Source: Bacteroidales bacterium (GTDB lineage Bacteria > Bacteroidota > Bacteroidia > Bacteroidales > VadinHA17). Taken from it: 64,000 bases of DNA. The notes under the pieces are model-generated. The model did not search any database and had not been told where the DNA came from. It worked only from the letters and a program-made list of their open reading frames with translations. Both the position numbers and the translations under genes were made by a program. The stretch lies in the NCBI GenBank assembly GCA_035541795.1, contig DATKMR010000001.1, positions 67,532 through 131,531 on the forward strand, written 5' to 3'. Numbering within the stretch: the stretch's first letter is position 1; the number at the start of each line of letters is the position of its first letter. Below, piece by piece: positions 19,188 to 28,130 of the stretch.

Positions 19188-19207
19188 AGAAAAGTAAAAT
19201 CCTCTCT

Positions 19208-20482
19208 ATGAAAATTCTGATACTTGGATCGGGGGGAAGGGAGCATGCCCTGGCCTGGAAGCTTTCCCAAAGCCGTAAAGTTTCCTCGCTCTTTATTGCC
19301 CCGGGAAATGCGGGTACCGCATCCTGCGGCACAAACCTCAGCCTTGATCCCGAGAATTTTGAGGAGGTAAAAGCGGCAGTGATTTCCAACGCCGTGGATG
19401 TGGTTGTTGTTGGCCCGGAGGCTCCGCTTGTGAAAGGCATTCATGATTTCTTCCTGGCCGACGATCAGCTTAAAAACATAACGGTCATCGGACCGGTGAA
19501 AGCTGCGGCACAGCTTGAAGGAAGCAAGGATTTTGCGAAGGCTTTCATGAAGAGGCATAATATCCCTACCGCGGCCTACAGGACTTTCGACAGGGAATCC
19601 GTTTCAGAAGCTTATGCATTTCTTGCAACACTCGAGCCGCCGTACGTGCTAAAAGCCGACGGGCTGGCAGCGGGGAAGGGAGTGGTTATTCTCCACAATA
19701 TTGACGAGGCAGCGCTTGAACTCTCTTCAATGCTCAACGGCAAATTCGGTGAAGCAGGCAAAAAGGTCGTCATCGAACAGTACCTGAAGGGAATCGAGAT
19801 GTCAGCTTTTATAATTACAGATGGCAGGAGCTACAAGCTGCTGCCGGGCGCGAAAGATTACAAGAGGGTGGGAGAAGGGGATACCGGCCTTAACACCGGG
19901 GGTATGGGAGCAATCTCGCCTGTTTCACATGCTACTGACGCCTTTATGTACAAGGTTGAGAAGAGAATCATAAAGCCGACGATAGAAGGTCTTGTCGAAG
20001 ATGGCATTGATTACAGGGGTTTTATATTCTTCGGTCTGATGAATGTCGACGGCGACCCCTATGTGATTGAATATAATGCCAGGCTTGGTGACCCGGAAAC
20101 CGAGGTTATTATCCCCCGCATAAAGTCCGATTTTGCGGATCTTCTCGAAGGAGTGGCATACGGAAATCTGAAAAGCAGGAAGCTGAGGCTGGATGAAAGA
20201 TATGTATCGACTGTAATGCTGGTTTCGGAAGGGTACCCGGGTAATTATGAAAAAGGAAAGACAATCTACGGGCTGAACCTCACCGGCGACTGCATGGTTT
20301 TTCATGCCGGGACGAAATTGGCTGATGGAGATGTGGTCACGAACGGAGGCCGCGTTCTTTCGGTCAGTGCATGGGGTAACACGCTCTTCGAAGCCCTTGA
20401 AATTTCCTACAGGAATGCGGGACTGATCTCGTGGGATGGGATGTATTACAGGACAGATATCGGATTTGATTTATTGCAATAA
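19208..20482 (+). CDS. purD: phosphoribosylamine--glycine ligase
   Basis: 424-aa ORF starting 'MKILILGSGGREHALAWKL', with an ATP-grasp body. Confidence 0.95.
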   Translation: MKILILGSGGREHALAWKLSQSRKVSSLFIAPGNAGTASCGTNLSLDPENFEEVKAAVISNAVDVVVVGPEAPLVKGIHDFFLADDQLKNITVIGPVKAAAQLEGSKDFAKAFMKRHNIPTAAYRTFDRESVSEAYAFLATLEPPYVLKADGLAAGKGVVILHNIDEAALELSSMLNGKFGEAGKKVVIEQYLKGIEMSAFIITDGRSYKLLPGAKDYKRVGEGDTGLNTGGMGAISPVSHATDAFMYKVEKRIIKPTIEGLVEDGIDYRGFIFFGLMNVDGDPYVIEYNARLGDPETEVIIPRIKSDFADLLEGVAYGNLKSRKLRLDERYVSTVMLVSEGYPGNYEKGKTIYGLNLTGDCMVFHAGTKLADGDVVTNGGRVLSVSAWGNTLFEALEISYRNAGLISWDGMYYRTDIGFDLLQ

Positions 20483-21477
20483 TGTTTCTGAGACTTTTCA
20501 GGGGTACGGGCCCGGGTGTGGTTTTGCTGATTTTCCTTTCAGCCTGCTTCGTCTGGCTGAATGCATTCCTTGAACCGAAGCTCCCTGTTTCATTTCATTA
20601 TGACATAAACCCTATGCCTCTCTACGCGCTGATCAGGAACCTTGCAATAAAAAGTGCAATCGGAGGGACGATCTTTTCTTTTATGATCATTTTGCTGATG
20701 ACCTTCCTCCTGGTCAATTTCAACACGGCAATCTTTTTCATCAACGAGAGGACCTTCCTGCCTTCAATAATATACGTCCTGTTTTCGGGCCTTTTTCCTT
20801 CCTTCCAGGTTTTTAACCCTGTCCTGCCTGCAGCCTTCCTGCTTATGATTGCACTGAGGAGGATAATGGATGCGTACAGAAAAAACGGCACCGCGTATAA
20901 TTTCTTTGATGCTTCTCTCATTATCAGTATAGGAAGCCTTATATATGCAAACCTTATCTGGTTCGGCCTACTTACCTTTGTGGGAATAGCACTTCTCCGT
21001 ACCGTTAATTTAAAGGAGCTGCTTCTCGGTTTGCTGGGTCTGTGCACCCCCCCGGCCATTATCGCAGGAATATTCTATGTTTTGGGAAAGGACATGGGGA
21101 GCCTTATTGCAACCGCCAGGTTCAACCTGCTGGGAGAGTCGGAAAGCTATTATTTTTCGAGGGTGACTGTTGCGGGTATAGTAATCATTGGCCTGGCGAT
21201 ACTTGCGAGTACCTTTTACCTATTCTCGGTAATCAACAGTAAGAAAATAAGATCCAGAAAAACCTTCTGGCTCCTGATCTGGGTAATGATTATTTCATTC
21301 ACTGTTTACTTTGCAGTTCCATCGGTATCAGTCGAAATGATATTTATCGCGGCAATACCGGCCAGCTATCTGCTTACTCATTATTTCGTCTTCAGCAAAA
21401 AGCAGTTATTGCCCGAAATATTCTTCACGGCATTGATAATAATTACTATAGCTATACAGGTGCTTTCTGTTATTTGA
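20482..21477 (+). CDS. hypothetical polytopic membrane protein
   Basis: 331-aa ORF with about 8-9 TM helices. Its ATG overlaps the purD stop (TAATG). Confidence 0.65.
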   Translation: MFLRLFRGTGPGVVLLIFLSACFVWLNAFLEPKLPVSFHYDINPMPLYALIRNLAIKSAIGGTIFSFMIILLMTFLLVNFNTAIFFINERTFLPSIIYVLFSGLFPSFQVFNPVLPAAFLLMIALRRIMDAYRKNGTAYNFFDASLIISIGSLIYANLIWFGLLTFVGIALLRTVNLKELLLGLLGLCTPPAIIAGIFYVLGKDMGSLIATARFNLLGESESYYFSRVTVAGIVIIGLAILASTFYLFSVINSKKIRSRKTFWLLIWVMIISFTVYFAVPSVSVEMIFIAAIPASYLLTHYFVFSKKQLLPEIFFTALIIITIAIQVLSVI

Positions 21478-21904
21478 CCAGTGAGACAACTCCCACCCCT
21501 GAACCCTGTGAAAAATTCAGGAAATCAAAATAGAGATGATAGGTTCCTGTCTTGTTACAGGTAAATTCAACTGACGGATAGGCTTTACCGGTTTTCTGGT
21601 CGTACGAGGCCAGTACCTGCCTGCCTGTTTCATCACTTATTTTCATTATAAGGGCACCCTTCGAATTATCGGCGCTGCAGAGGGTGAACTTATATTTCAT
21701 GTTCTTGCTGAGGGGGAACACCTGCTTGTACCTGAATTCAGTCTGATGCCCGCCCGGGCCCAGCTGTACCCTGAAATCCTTAAGATAGGTCGTATTGGGA
21801 CCTGCAGTCATGGCGCATTTGCTCACCAGGGCATCAGTCGATTGCGCGGATGCCAGCACCGTGAATGTCAGCAGCAGGGTTAAAAACAGGATAAACCTTT
21901 TCAT
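21470..21904 (-). CDS. hypothetical small secreted protein
   Basis: 144-aa ORF with a signal peptide (MKRFILFLTLLLTFTVLASAQ) and beta-rich composition. It is the last gene of the ABC operon, with a 1-nt gap to the upstream gene. Confidence 0.6.
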   Translation of the reverse strand: MKRFILFLTLLLTFTVLASAQSTDALVSKCAMTAGPNTTYLKDFRVQLGPGGHQTEFRYKQVFPLSKNMKYKFTLCSADNSKGALIMKISDETGRQVLASYDQKTGKAYPSVEFTCNKTGTYHLYFDFLNFSQGSGVGVVSLVK

Positions 21905-21905
21905 A

Positions 21906-22820
21906 CTAATTTCCGCTTACCAGTTTGTTTCTGATTTTTTCAGATGCTTCAATAATTATTTTCAGCTGATCAATTGTCATATCGACTTTACTCTGGTCGG
22001 TCTGAACCACAACAAGTGCACCATCCTTTTCCTTCATCACAGGCTCGCCGATTGTGTAGGTGATTTTAATGTCACGGTATTTTTCCTTCATCTCCTGCAT
22101 GCTCTGGCAGAGATTTTTATATTCATCACTGCTTTTGCAATACGGGGAAAGAAGCATAAGCAGGTCATTCAGAATGATTTTTTGTTCGCCAACCCTGTTT
22201 TTGAGAAGGGTATCGGGATATTGCTTTACAACCTGTGTTGCCAGGTACTGCCCTTCCAGCCACACGCCGGTGAGCATCAGTGCCGACAACTGACCCCTTC
22301 CCTTTTCCCTTAGGAACTTGTCGATCTGGTTGTAAGATTTGTTCGACAGGAGGAATAGAGAGTCGATATTCGACCTGTTGAGAGAAAGCCTTTTAATTGT
22401 TTCAAAATCAAAGAACTGCCCTACATTTATTCCGTCGGCCAGCTTCTTGATTGATGTGAGCACATCGATTGATGTTCCTGTCTTTTCGTACATGTTAAGA
22501 TAACCGAGGTCGGCACCAAGTATCCCCAGCTTCAAAGCTTTGTCGAAGCTCGTGCTTAACCGGCTCGCATCTATAGATGATGCCAGGTAGGTTGTCGAAA
22601 AAGGCACTGACATCCTGTGAAGTATATCGGCAATTTCTACAGGCGAGGAAATATTCCTCGTTATGTCGTCGAGTGCCTCGTCGCTTAATTTTTCGGCTTC
22701 AGACAAGGGAATAGAATCAGCATCCGGGAAGATGAACTCACCCTGCTTTTTCGACTGACCCCTGCATGAGAAGAGGAACATCGAAATAATCAGACTCAAA
22801 AAAATATAGCGTCCTGTCAT
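21906..22820 (-). CDS. hypothetical lipoprotein
   Basis: 304-aa ORF with a lipobox 'LFSC' after an N-terminal hydrophobic segment. The body is mostly helical and I recognise no motif in it. Confidence 0.6.
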   Translation of the reverse strand: MTGRYIFLSLIISMFLFSCRGQSKKQGEFIFPDADSIPLSEAEKLSDEALDDITRNISSPVEIADILHRMSVPFSTTYLASSIDASRLSTSFDKALKLGILGADLGYLNMYEKTGTSIDVLTSIKKLADGINVGQFFDFETIKRLSLNRSNIDSLFLLSNKSYNQIDKFLREKGRGQLSALMLTGVWLEGQYLATQVVKQYPDTLLKNRVGEQKIILNDLLMLLSPYCKSSDEYKNLCQSMQEMKEKYRDIKITYTIGEPVMKEKDGALVVVQTDQSKVDMTIDQLKIIIEASEKIRNKLVSGN

Positions 22821-22883
22821 TCAGGATTATTTACAAGACTTTAACAAATATACAAAAAATCAGAGAACAAAGTGCATGAGCTT

Positions 22884-25800
22884 CTATTTTCTGAACCTCA
22901 GGTTTTCAATTAAACGCACCAGCCTTGCAAGAAGTTCATAGTATAATGTGATGAACAGCACGATCGTGCTAAGGATCACCAGTGTTATATTAAAATAAAA
23001 TGTGTCGATCAGGCTTCCGAAAAAATATTTTGAGGGAGCGAAAAAATGAGTCCTGAATCCGAGAGGACCCCTGTTCTGTGGATCGAGGTACACCGGATCA
23101 TAGTTCTGAACATAAGAGTTCCGGTATTCAAGAAGCTTGTTCTTATCCCTTTCATAGAACTTTGTCACAATCTCCTGGAGCTTCAGGTTGCTGTAATCGT
23201 TCTCAAGCTGTTTTATTTCAGATTTGTTTTCGAGGTAAAACTCATCCCATTCATCATTAACCTTGTTCTCAATCCTGGTAAAGTTATTTTCCACGAAAGA
23301 GAGATATTTCTTGAGTCCCGAATAGACGGTTTCATTATATCTCTCAGGAGTGAGGGCATCAATGTTATTGAATTTCTCAAGTGTCGGAAACCTGCCGGCG
23401 AGGTGGATAAGCTCATTCTGAAGGAGGGTCAGTGAGCTGATGTTCCTGAGGTCATCAACCTTTGGGGCCTTGCCCGGGTTTTCCCTGATCCTCTGAACGT
23501 TCCTGTAAACTGAATCGGTTTTTTCAAGGGCAATTTCCAGCGCAGGCATCAGCTTTACCGAATAAAAGCTGGCAATGCTCTGATTTTTCTTGTATTCGTA
23601 AACTGTCTTGCCATACCTGGTATCGCTGAAGCGATTATACCTGTTGTCCTTGAACTGGGAAACCATAAGTGCTTCATAGGTCCACCTCGTCGGCATGAGC
23701 TCGGCAATAACCGGTACCTTATCAACGGTTCCGATCGCCCTGTTAAGCTTGTCGAACGAAAACATGGCCCCGCTCAGCACCATCATCGGGATAATCACGA
23801 GCGGTATGACAATATATATTGTAATCGCGGAATTGAAGCTGGCCGAGATGTTCAGACCCAGCATATTGGCACAAAAGGCAGTGGCAAAGAGCGCAAAGAA
23901 ATATTTCAGGAACAAACCCTTCAATTCGAGAATAGGATTTGCGATAACGAGGAAAAGGAACACCTGGACCGCAGAGATAACTATCAGGATTGCCACCTTT
24001 GAGAAAAGATAACTTCCCCTGCTAAGGCTGAGGAATCGTTCCCTCTTGAGAATCTTCCTGTCGCGGAATATCTCCTCGGCACTTATCGTAAGACCAAGAA
24101 AGAGAGCGACTATCAGGCTCATGAAGATATAAATGGGAATATTCTCGTTTTCGAAAAATATATATTTATCAGAGGTGGGGTCGGGTATATATCTTATTAT
24201 GAATGAAAGAATAAAGCCAAGAACGGGTGCTTCAAGCACTGTCAGAAGAACATACTGCCTGTTGGCAATCTTGCTCTTGAAATCCCTTTTAAGGTAAATC
24301 AGGAATTGTTTCAGGAGCGACGGCCTTTCAAGATTTTTGCGCGGCGGATCATTTACCTCGGCAACAGCGGTGAAAGGAAACCTTGATGAAAAGGCTGTCG
24401 CCCATTCCGAAGGCTTTGTTTTTCTCTTTTCGGTGTACCTCCCGAATTCATCAACCACCTGGATCTCCATGATGTTGAAGATGGTCTCGGGATTGACATT
24501 TCCGCATGAAGGGCATTCACCGATTGATGAATTTATCTGCGCATCGAGGGTCTTGAAATATATGACCGACTCCACCGGGTTCCCGAAGTAGGCCATATGC
24601 CCTCCCTGGTCGAGTATAATCACCTTGTCGAACATCTTGAACACCTCTGAGGATGGCTGGTGGATCACGGTAATTATAAGCTTCCCCTTAAGGGTGAGGT
24701 CCCTCAGGAGATCCATGAGATTTTCCGAGTCGCGCGACGAAAGCCCCGACGTGGGTTCATCAAGGAAAAGAACCGACGGTTCGCGGATCAGCTCGAGGGC
24801 AATATTGAGCCGTTTGCGCTGCCCGCCGCTTATTACCTTGTTAAGCGGTGATCCCACCTTGAGATCTTTCTTCTCGTACAGCCCGAGGTTAACCAGGGTG
24901 TGCTCCGTTATCCTTACAATCTCATCCTTTGTCTGGTTTCCGAAACACTGGCACGCGGCAAAGTAGAGATTCTCGAATACGGTGAGGTCCTCAATCAGCA
25001 GGTCATCCTGTGGAACATAGCCCAGCACTCCTTCCGTTGCCGGATGCTTATCAGCGATATTGATCCCGTTTATTTTAATTGTACCGGATGTCGGCTCCTG
25101 TATTCCGCTCATCAGGTTGAGAAGGGTGGTTTTTCCTGAACCGCTGGCACCCATAATTCCAATCAGGCTTCCCTCATCGACGGAGAAGCTTACATTGTTT
25201 ACCGCTGTATTCCCGTCGCTGAACCTGTATGTAAGCTTTTCGACATTGAATGAGAGCTTGTCAGTTATTTTTTCCGCAAGAAAGGTCGAGGAGATATCGC
25301 TGTAATAAATAGGGTGACCATGGTGGGTTTTGATGGAGCTTCCTTTGGCGAAGGTGTAAACATGCCCGGCTCCAATAGGAAGGCCGTTGAGATACATCTG
25401 GTCCGGAGCCGAATACCTGATAAAATACAGGTCGACGCTAGCTACCCTCAGGATTACTATCGTCACATCGTTATATCCCGATACCATCCTGTTGCAGACC
25501 TCGCATGTCTCAAGACCCGGTTTAAGAACCAGGATGGATGGGTTTTTAAGTTCAACGGGGTCGTCAACCTTGATGAACTGTTCAATTGAAGCAACCTCCT
25601 CCTGCGAGATTCTGAATACCTCTGCAACAGTATTGATGATGTTCATCCTCTGTGGAGTAAACTGATGCCTTGAGTTTACAAGCTCGTAAAGCCTCATCAG
25701 AACCACCACTTTCTGTTCCTGGTTAAGGGTACGGTTAATTTTTTTACAGATGCCGAGAATCTTGACTGAATCCTTTACAGATGGAGATGTCAGTTCAGCC

Positions 25801-25991
25801 TTGCCCGGTTTGTCACTCAAAGGTCCCGTATGAAAATCGAAAAGCGCTATATACTCGTCCACCGACTCTTTTGTAAGTTGCTTTGCGAGGAATCCGTAGA
25901 CATATTCACGTTCGTCGGCAAGCATCCCTGCATCCTGCTTCAGGATGAGGGCAAACAATTCCATGAGCGCCTTCAGGATCTCTTCACTCAT
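22884..25991 (-). CDS. ABC transporter ATP-binding/permease fusion (ABCG / ABC-2 type) with extra N- and C-terminal domains
   Basis: 1035-aa ORF. Walker A 'GASGSGKTT' (aa ~281), signature 'ISGGQRKRLNIALEL', Walker B 'LFLDEPTSGL', then about 6 TM helices. About 245 aa precede the NBD, and about 250 aa with one final TM helix follow the TMD. Confidence 0.85.
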   Translation of the reverse strand: MSEEILKALMELFALILKQDAGMLADEREYVYGFLAKQLTKESVDEYIALFDFHTGPLSDKPGKAELTSPSVKDSVKILGICKKINRTLNQEQKVVVLMRLYELVNSRHQFTPQRMNIINTVAEVFRISQEEVASIEQFIKVDDPVELKNPSILVLKPGLETCEVCNRMVSGYNDVTIVILRVASVDLYFIRYSAPDQMYLNGLPIGAGHVYTFAKGSSIKTHHGHPIYYSDISSTFLAEKITDKLSFNVEKLTYRFSDGNTAVNNVSFSVDEGSLIGIMGASGSGKTTLLNLMSGIQEPTSGTIKINGINIADKHPATEGVLGYVPQDDLLIEDLTVFENLYFAACQCFGNQTKDEIVRITEHTLVNLGLYEKKDLKVGSPLNKVISGGQRKRLNIALELIREPSVLFLDEPTSGLSSRDSENLMDLLRDLTLKGKLIITVIHQPSSEVFKMFDKVIILDQGGHMAYFGNPVESVIYFKTLDAQINSSIGECPSCGNVNPETIFNIMEIQVVDEFGRYTEKRKTKPSEWATAFSSRFPFTAVAEVNDPPRKNLERPSLLKQFLIYLKRDFKSKIANRQYVLLTVLEAPVLGFILSFIIRYIPDPTSDKYIFFENENIPIYIFMSLIVALFLGLTISAEEIFRDRKILKRERFLSLSRGSYLFSKVAILIVISAVQVFLFLVIANPILELKGLFLKYFFALFATAFCANMLGLNISASFNSAITIYIVIPLVIIPMMVLSGAMFSFDKLNRAIGTVDKVPVIAELMPTRWTYEALMVSQFKDNRYNRFSDTRYGKTVYEYKKNQSIASFYSVKLMPALEIALEKTDSVYRNVQRIRENPGKAPKVDDLRNISSLTLLQNELIHLAGRFPTLEKFNNIDALTPERYNETVYSGLKKYLSFVENNFTRIENKVNDEWDEFYLENKSEIKQLENDYSNLKLQEIVTKFYERDKNKLLEYRNSYVQNYDPVYLDPQNRGPLGFRTHFFAPSKYFFGSLIDTFYFNITLVILSTIVLFITLYYELLARLVRLIENLRFRK

Positions 25992-26205
25992 TTAACAGAA
26001 ATATCAGTGTCGTTGAACTTCACAAGGTAGGAATTCTAATTCTTTTTACCAACTCGACGCAACTTTTATCCCCCTCAGGATATGCTTTTAACGGTTCAGC
26101 TTGATGGAAAACCATCCCGGCGGCCACCTTTTACGGTTGGGACAATTTTATTTTCGCGGTGGCCGGCGACGCATTTATTTTGAGACTTATTAACCATCAG
26201 ATATT

Positions 26206-27060
26206 ATGAAAACAAATCTATTCAGAATTCCCGGGTGCCTTATCCTGGCGACTCTGTTATTTTCAGTTCCAATGGGAATGAACGCCCAGACGGGAAAGAG
26301 AATAAACAAAAAATACTTTGAAAATCTTCCGGATCTTGGACGGCTAGGTATGTCGAATGGCTCACACCTCAGAATGACTGCAATCTATGTCAGTATCGAT
26401 CAGCTTGGGAATACCGGCGGGAAAATCATTATTAAAGGAGATTATTCACGCGATCCAGCAACAGGAAAATCATCATGGAACAACGTGACAATAAACAATT
26501 CACCTGGTGATAACGCCCCGGCCGGTCCCGAAAAGAAAATCGATTACATGGAGAATTTCACATATGTGTCGGGTCCTGAAATGCTCAATGAATCTGCCTT
26601 TAGGAGCTTTCCTGAAAGCGTTGAAGCCGTCTATGCGAAAAACCTGGTCTGGGATATGATGACCGTGGAGAGCTTTGCCTGGAACCACTGCGATTCGCTA
26701 AGGATGAACAAGCCCTATTACGTTGCAAAGAAGGCCTATGAATTTGATATGGCCGGTATTGGAGATTACAGCCATAAGAACATCCAGCTTGAATGGTCGG
26801 GTGTCTCATTGGCCGGGGGAAAACTATGTGCCGGCATTGAATACAGGGCACTTTACAATAAGGTTAACCTTAATATGCAGCAAATAAAGGCAAAAGGTTC
26901 TGAACAATACTGGGGAAATACAAGGGTCTCGCTTGAGACGGGTCAGGTGGTTTTTGGTGAGATGTACAGCTCAACAAGCATGGAGGCTGAAGTACCCGGA
27001 TTCGACGGTAAGATGCCAATAAAGGCGGTGAGAGAGATAATTATTGAGGAAATCCGCTGA
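26206..27060 (+). CDS. hypothetical secreted protein
   Basis: 284-aa ORF with a signal peptide (…LLFSVPMGMNAQ). It is the first gene of a three-gene operon with the kinase and regulator. Confidence 0.6.
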   Translation: MKTNLFRIPGCLILATLLFSVPMGMNAQTGKRINKKYFENLPDLGRLGMSNGSHLRMTAIYVSIDQLGNTGGKIIIKGDYSRDPATGKSSWNNVTINNSPGDNAPAGPEKKIDYMENFTYVSGPEMLNESAFRSFPESVEAVYAKNLVWDMMTVESFAWNHCDSLRMNKPYYVAKKAYEFDMAGIGDYSHKNIQLEWSGVSLAGGKLCAGIEYRALYNKVNLNMQQIKAKGSEQYWGNTRVSLETGQVVFGEMYSSTSMEAEVPGFDGKMPIKAVREIIIEEIR

Positions 27061-27080
27061 ACTGAATTAAATTTGTGATT

Positions 27081-28130
27081 ATGGAAAGCAAGGGCAGGAA
27101 AAGGATCATAAGCATGAGAAGCTGGAGGATGCACGCCATAATTGCGGCTTTTTCATTCGCCGTTGTTCTCTACGCGTATTTGACCGGCACGAGGACGTCA
27201 GTACCTGAAGATTTGCTTAGTACCTTTTTCCTGGTTGCGATGCAGATGGAGATCTTCATGGCGATTGCCATTAAGATCTTCAACGGGATTGAGCCGGGTA
27301 ACGACAGGAAGAAAATCACGCGGATCATGCTTTCACGTTTTGCCCTGTTTATCGGTATCTGTTTCATGATAGCGTTCCTGGTCGTGACAGGGTTTATCAT
27401 TCTCCGGAGCAGGATCCTTGGACTCGATACGGGCATGGAGATAGATGGATTCTTCGCCACGAAATTTGCCAACTGGCTCAAGGGAACACTTACCGGGCTG
27501 GCTTTCGGAGCCGTGGTTTTCATCTTCCTGGAATGGCAGGATGCACTCAGGCGCGAGCAAAAGCTTAGAGAGGAAAACCTTATCTTTCAGAATGAGACAC
27601 TCAAAACCCAGATAAACCCCCATTTCCTGTTTAATAACCTCAATACCCTTTCGTCACTGATAAATAAAAGCAGCGATGACGCCGAAACTTTCATATCAAG
27701 GCTTTCTTCAATCTACAGGTACATTATCGAGAACAGCAGGAAGGACAGGGTGCCGCTTGCAGAAGAACTGTCCTTCATTGAGGATTATTTTTTCCTCTAC
27801 AAGATACGCGACGGTGAGAAAATAAGCATGAGGACCGATATTGCAGGGAATTCTCTTTTTTACATCATTCCTGTTTCACTCCAGATACTCGTGGAAAATG
27901 CCATTAAGCACAATATGGCAACGCGCGAGGAGCCGCTTGTAATCTCTGTTTATCTTGAAGGGGAAAGTGTTGTTGTGAAAAACAAGGTACAAAAGCCGGG
28001 ATCACAGGTCAGATCGACGGGAATCGGACTGAAAAACCTTTCAGAAAGGGTAAGGCTCATTTCCGGGGAAGTGCTAATTATAGATGAAAGTGGTAATTAT
28101 TTCACCGTGAAAATACCCCTGATGAGATGA
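27081..28130 (+). CDS. LytS/YehU-type sensor histidine kinase (His_kinase + HATPase)
   Basis: About 4 N-terminal TM helices with very short loops, then 'INPHFLFNNLNTLSSLI' and the N-box 'LVENAIKHN'. The track start at 27075 is a GTG; the ATG at 27081 is used here. Confidence 0.85.
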   Translation: MESKGRKRIISMRSWRMHAIIAAFSFAVVLYAYLTGTRTSVPEDLLSTFFLVAMQMEIFMAIAIKIFNGIEPGNDRKKITRIMLSRFALFIGICFMIAFLVVTGFIILRSRILGLDTGMEIDGFFATKFANWLKGTLTGLAFGAVVFIFLEWQDALRREQKLREENLIFQNETLKTQINPHFLFNNLNTLSSLINKSSDDAETFISRLSSIYRYIIENSRKDRVPLAEELSFIEDYFFLYKIRDGEKISMRTDIAGNSLFYIIPVSLQILVENAIKHNMATREEPLVISVYLEGESVVVKNKVQKPGSQVRSTGIGLKNLSERVRLISGEVLIIDESGNYFTVKIPLMR

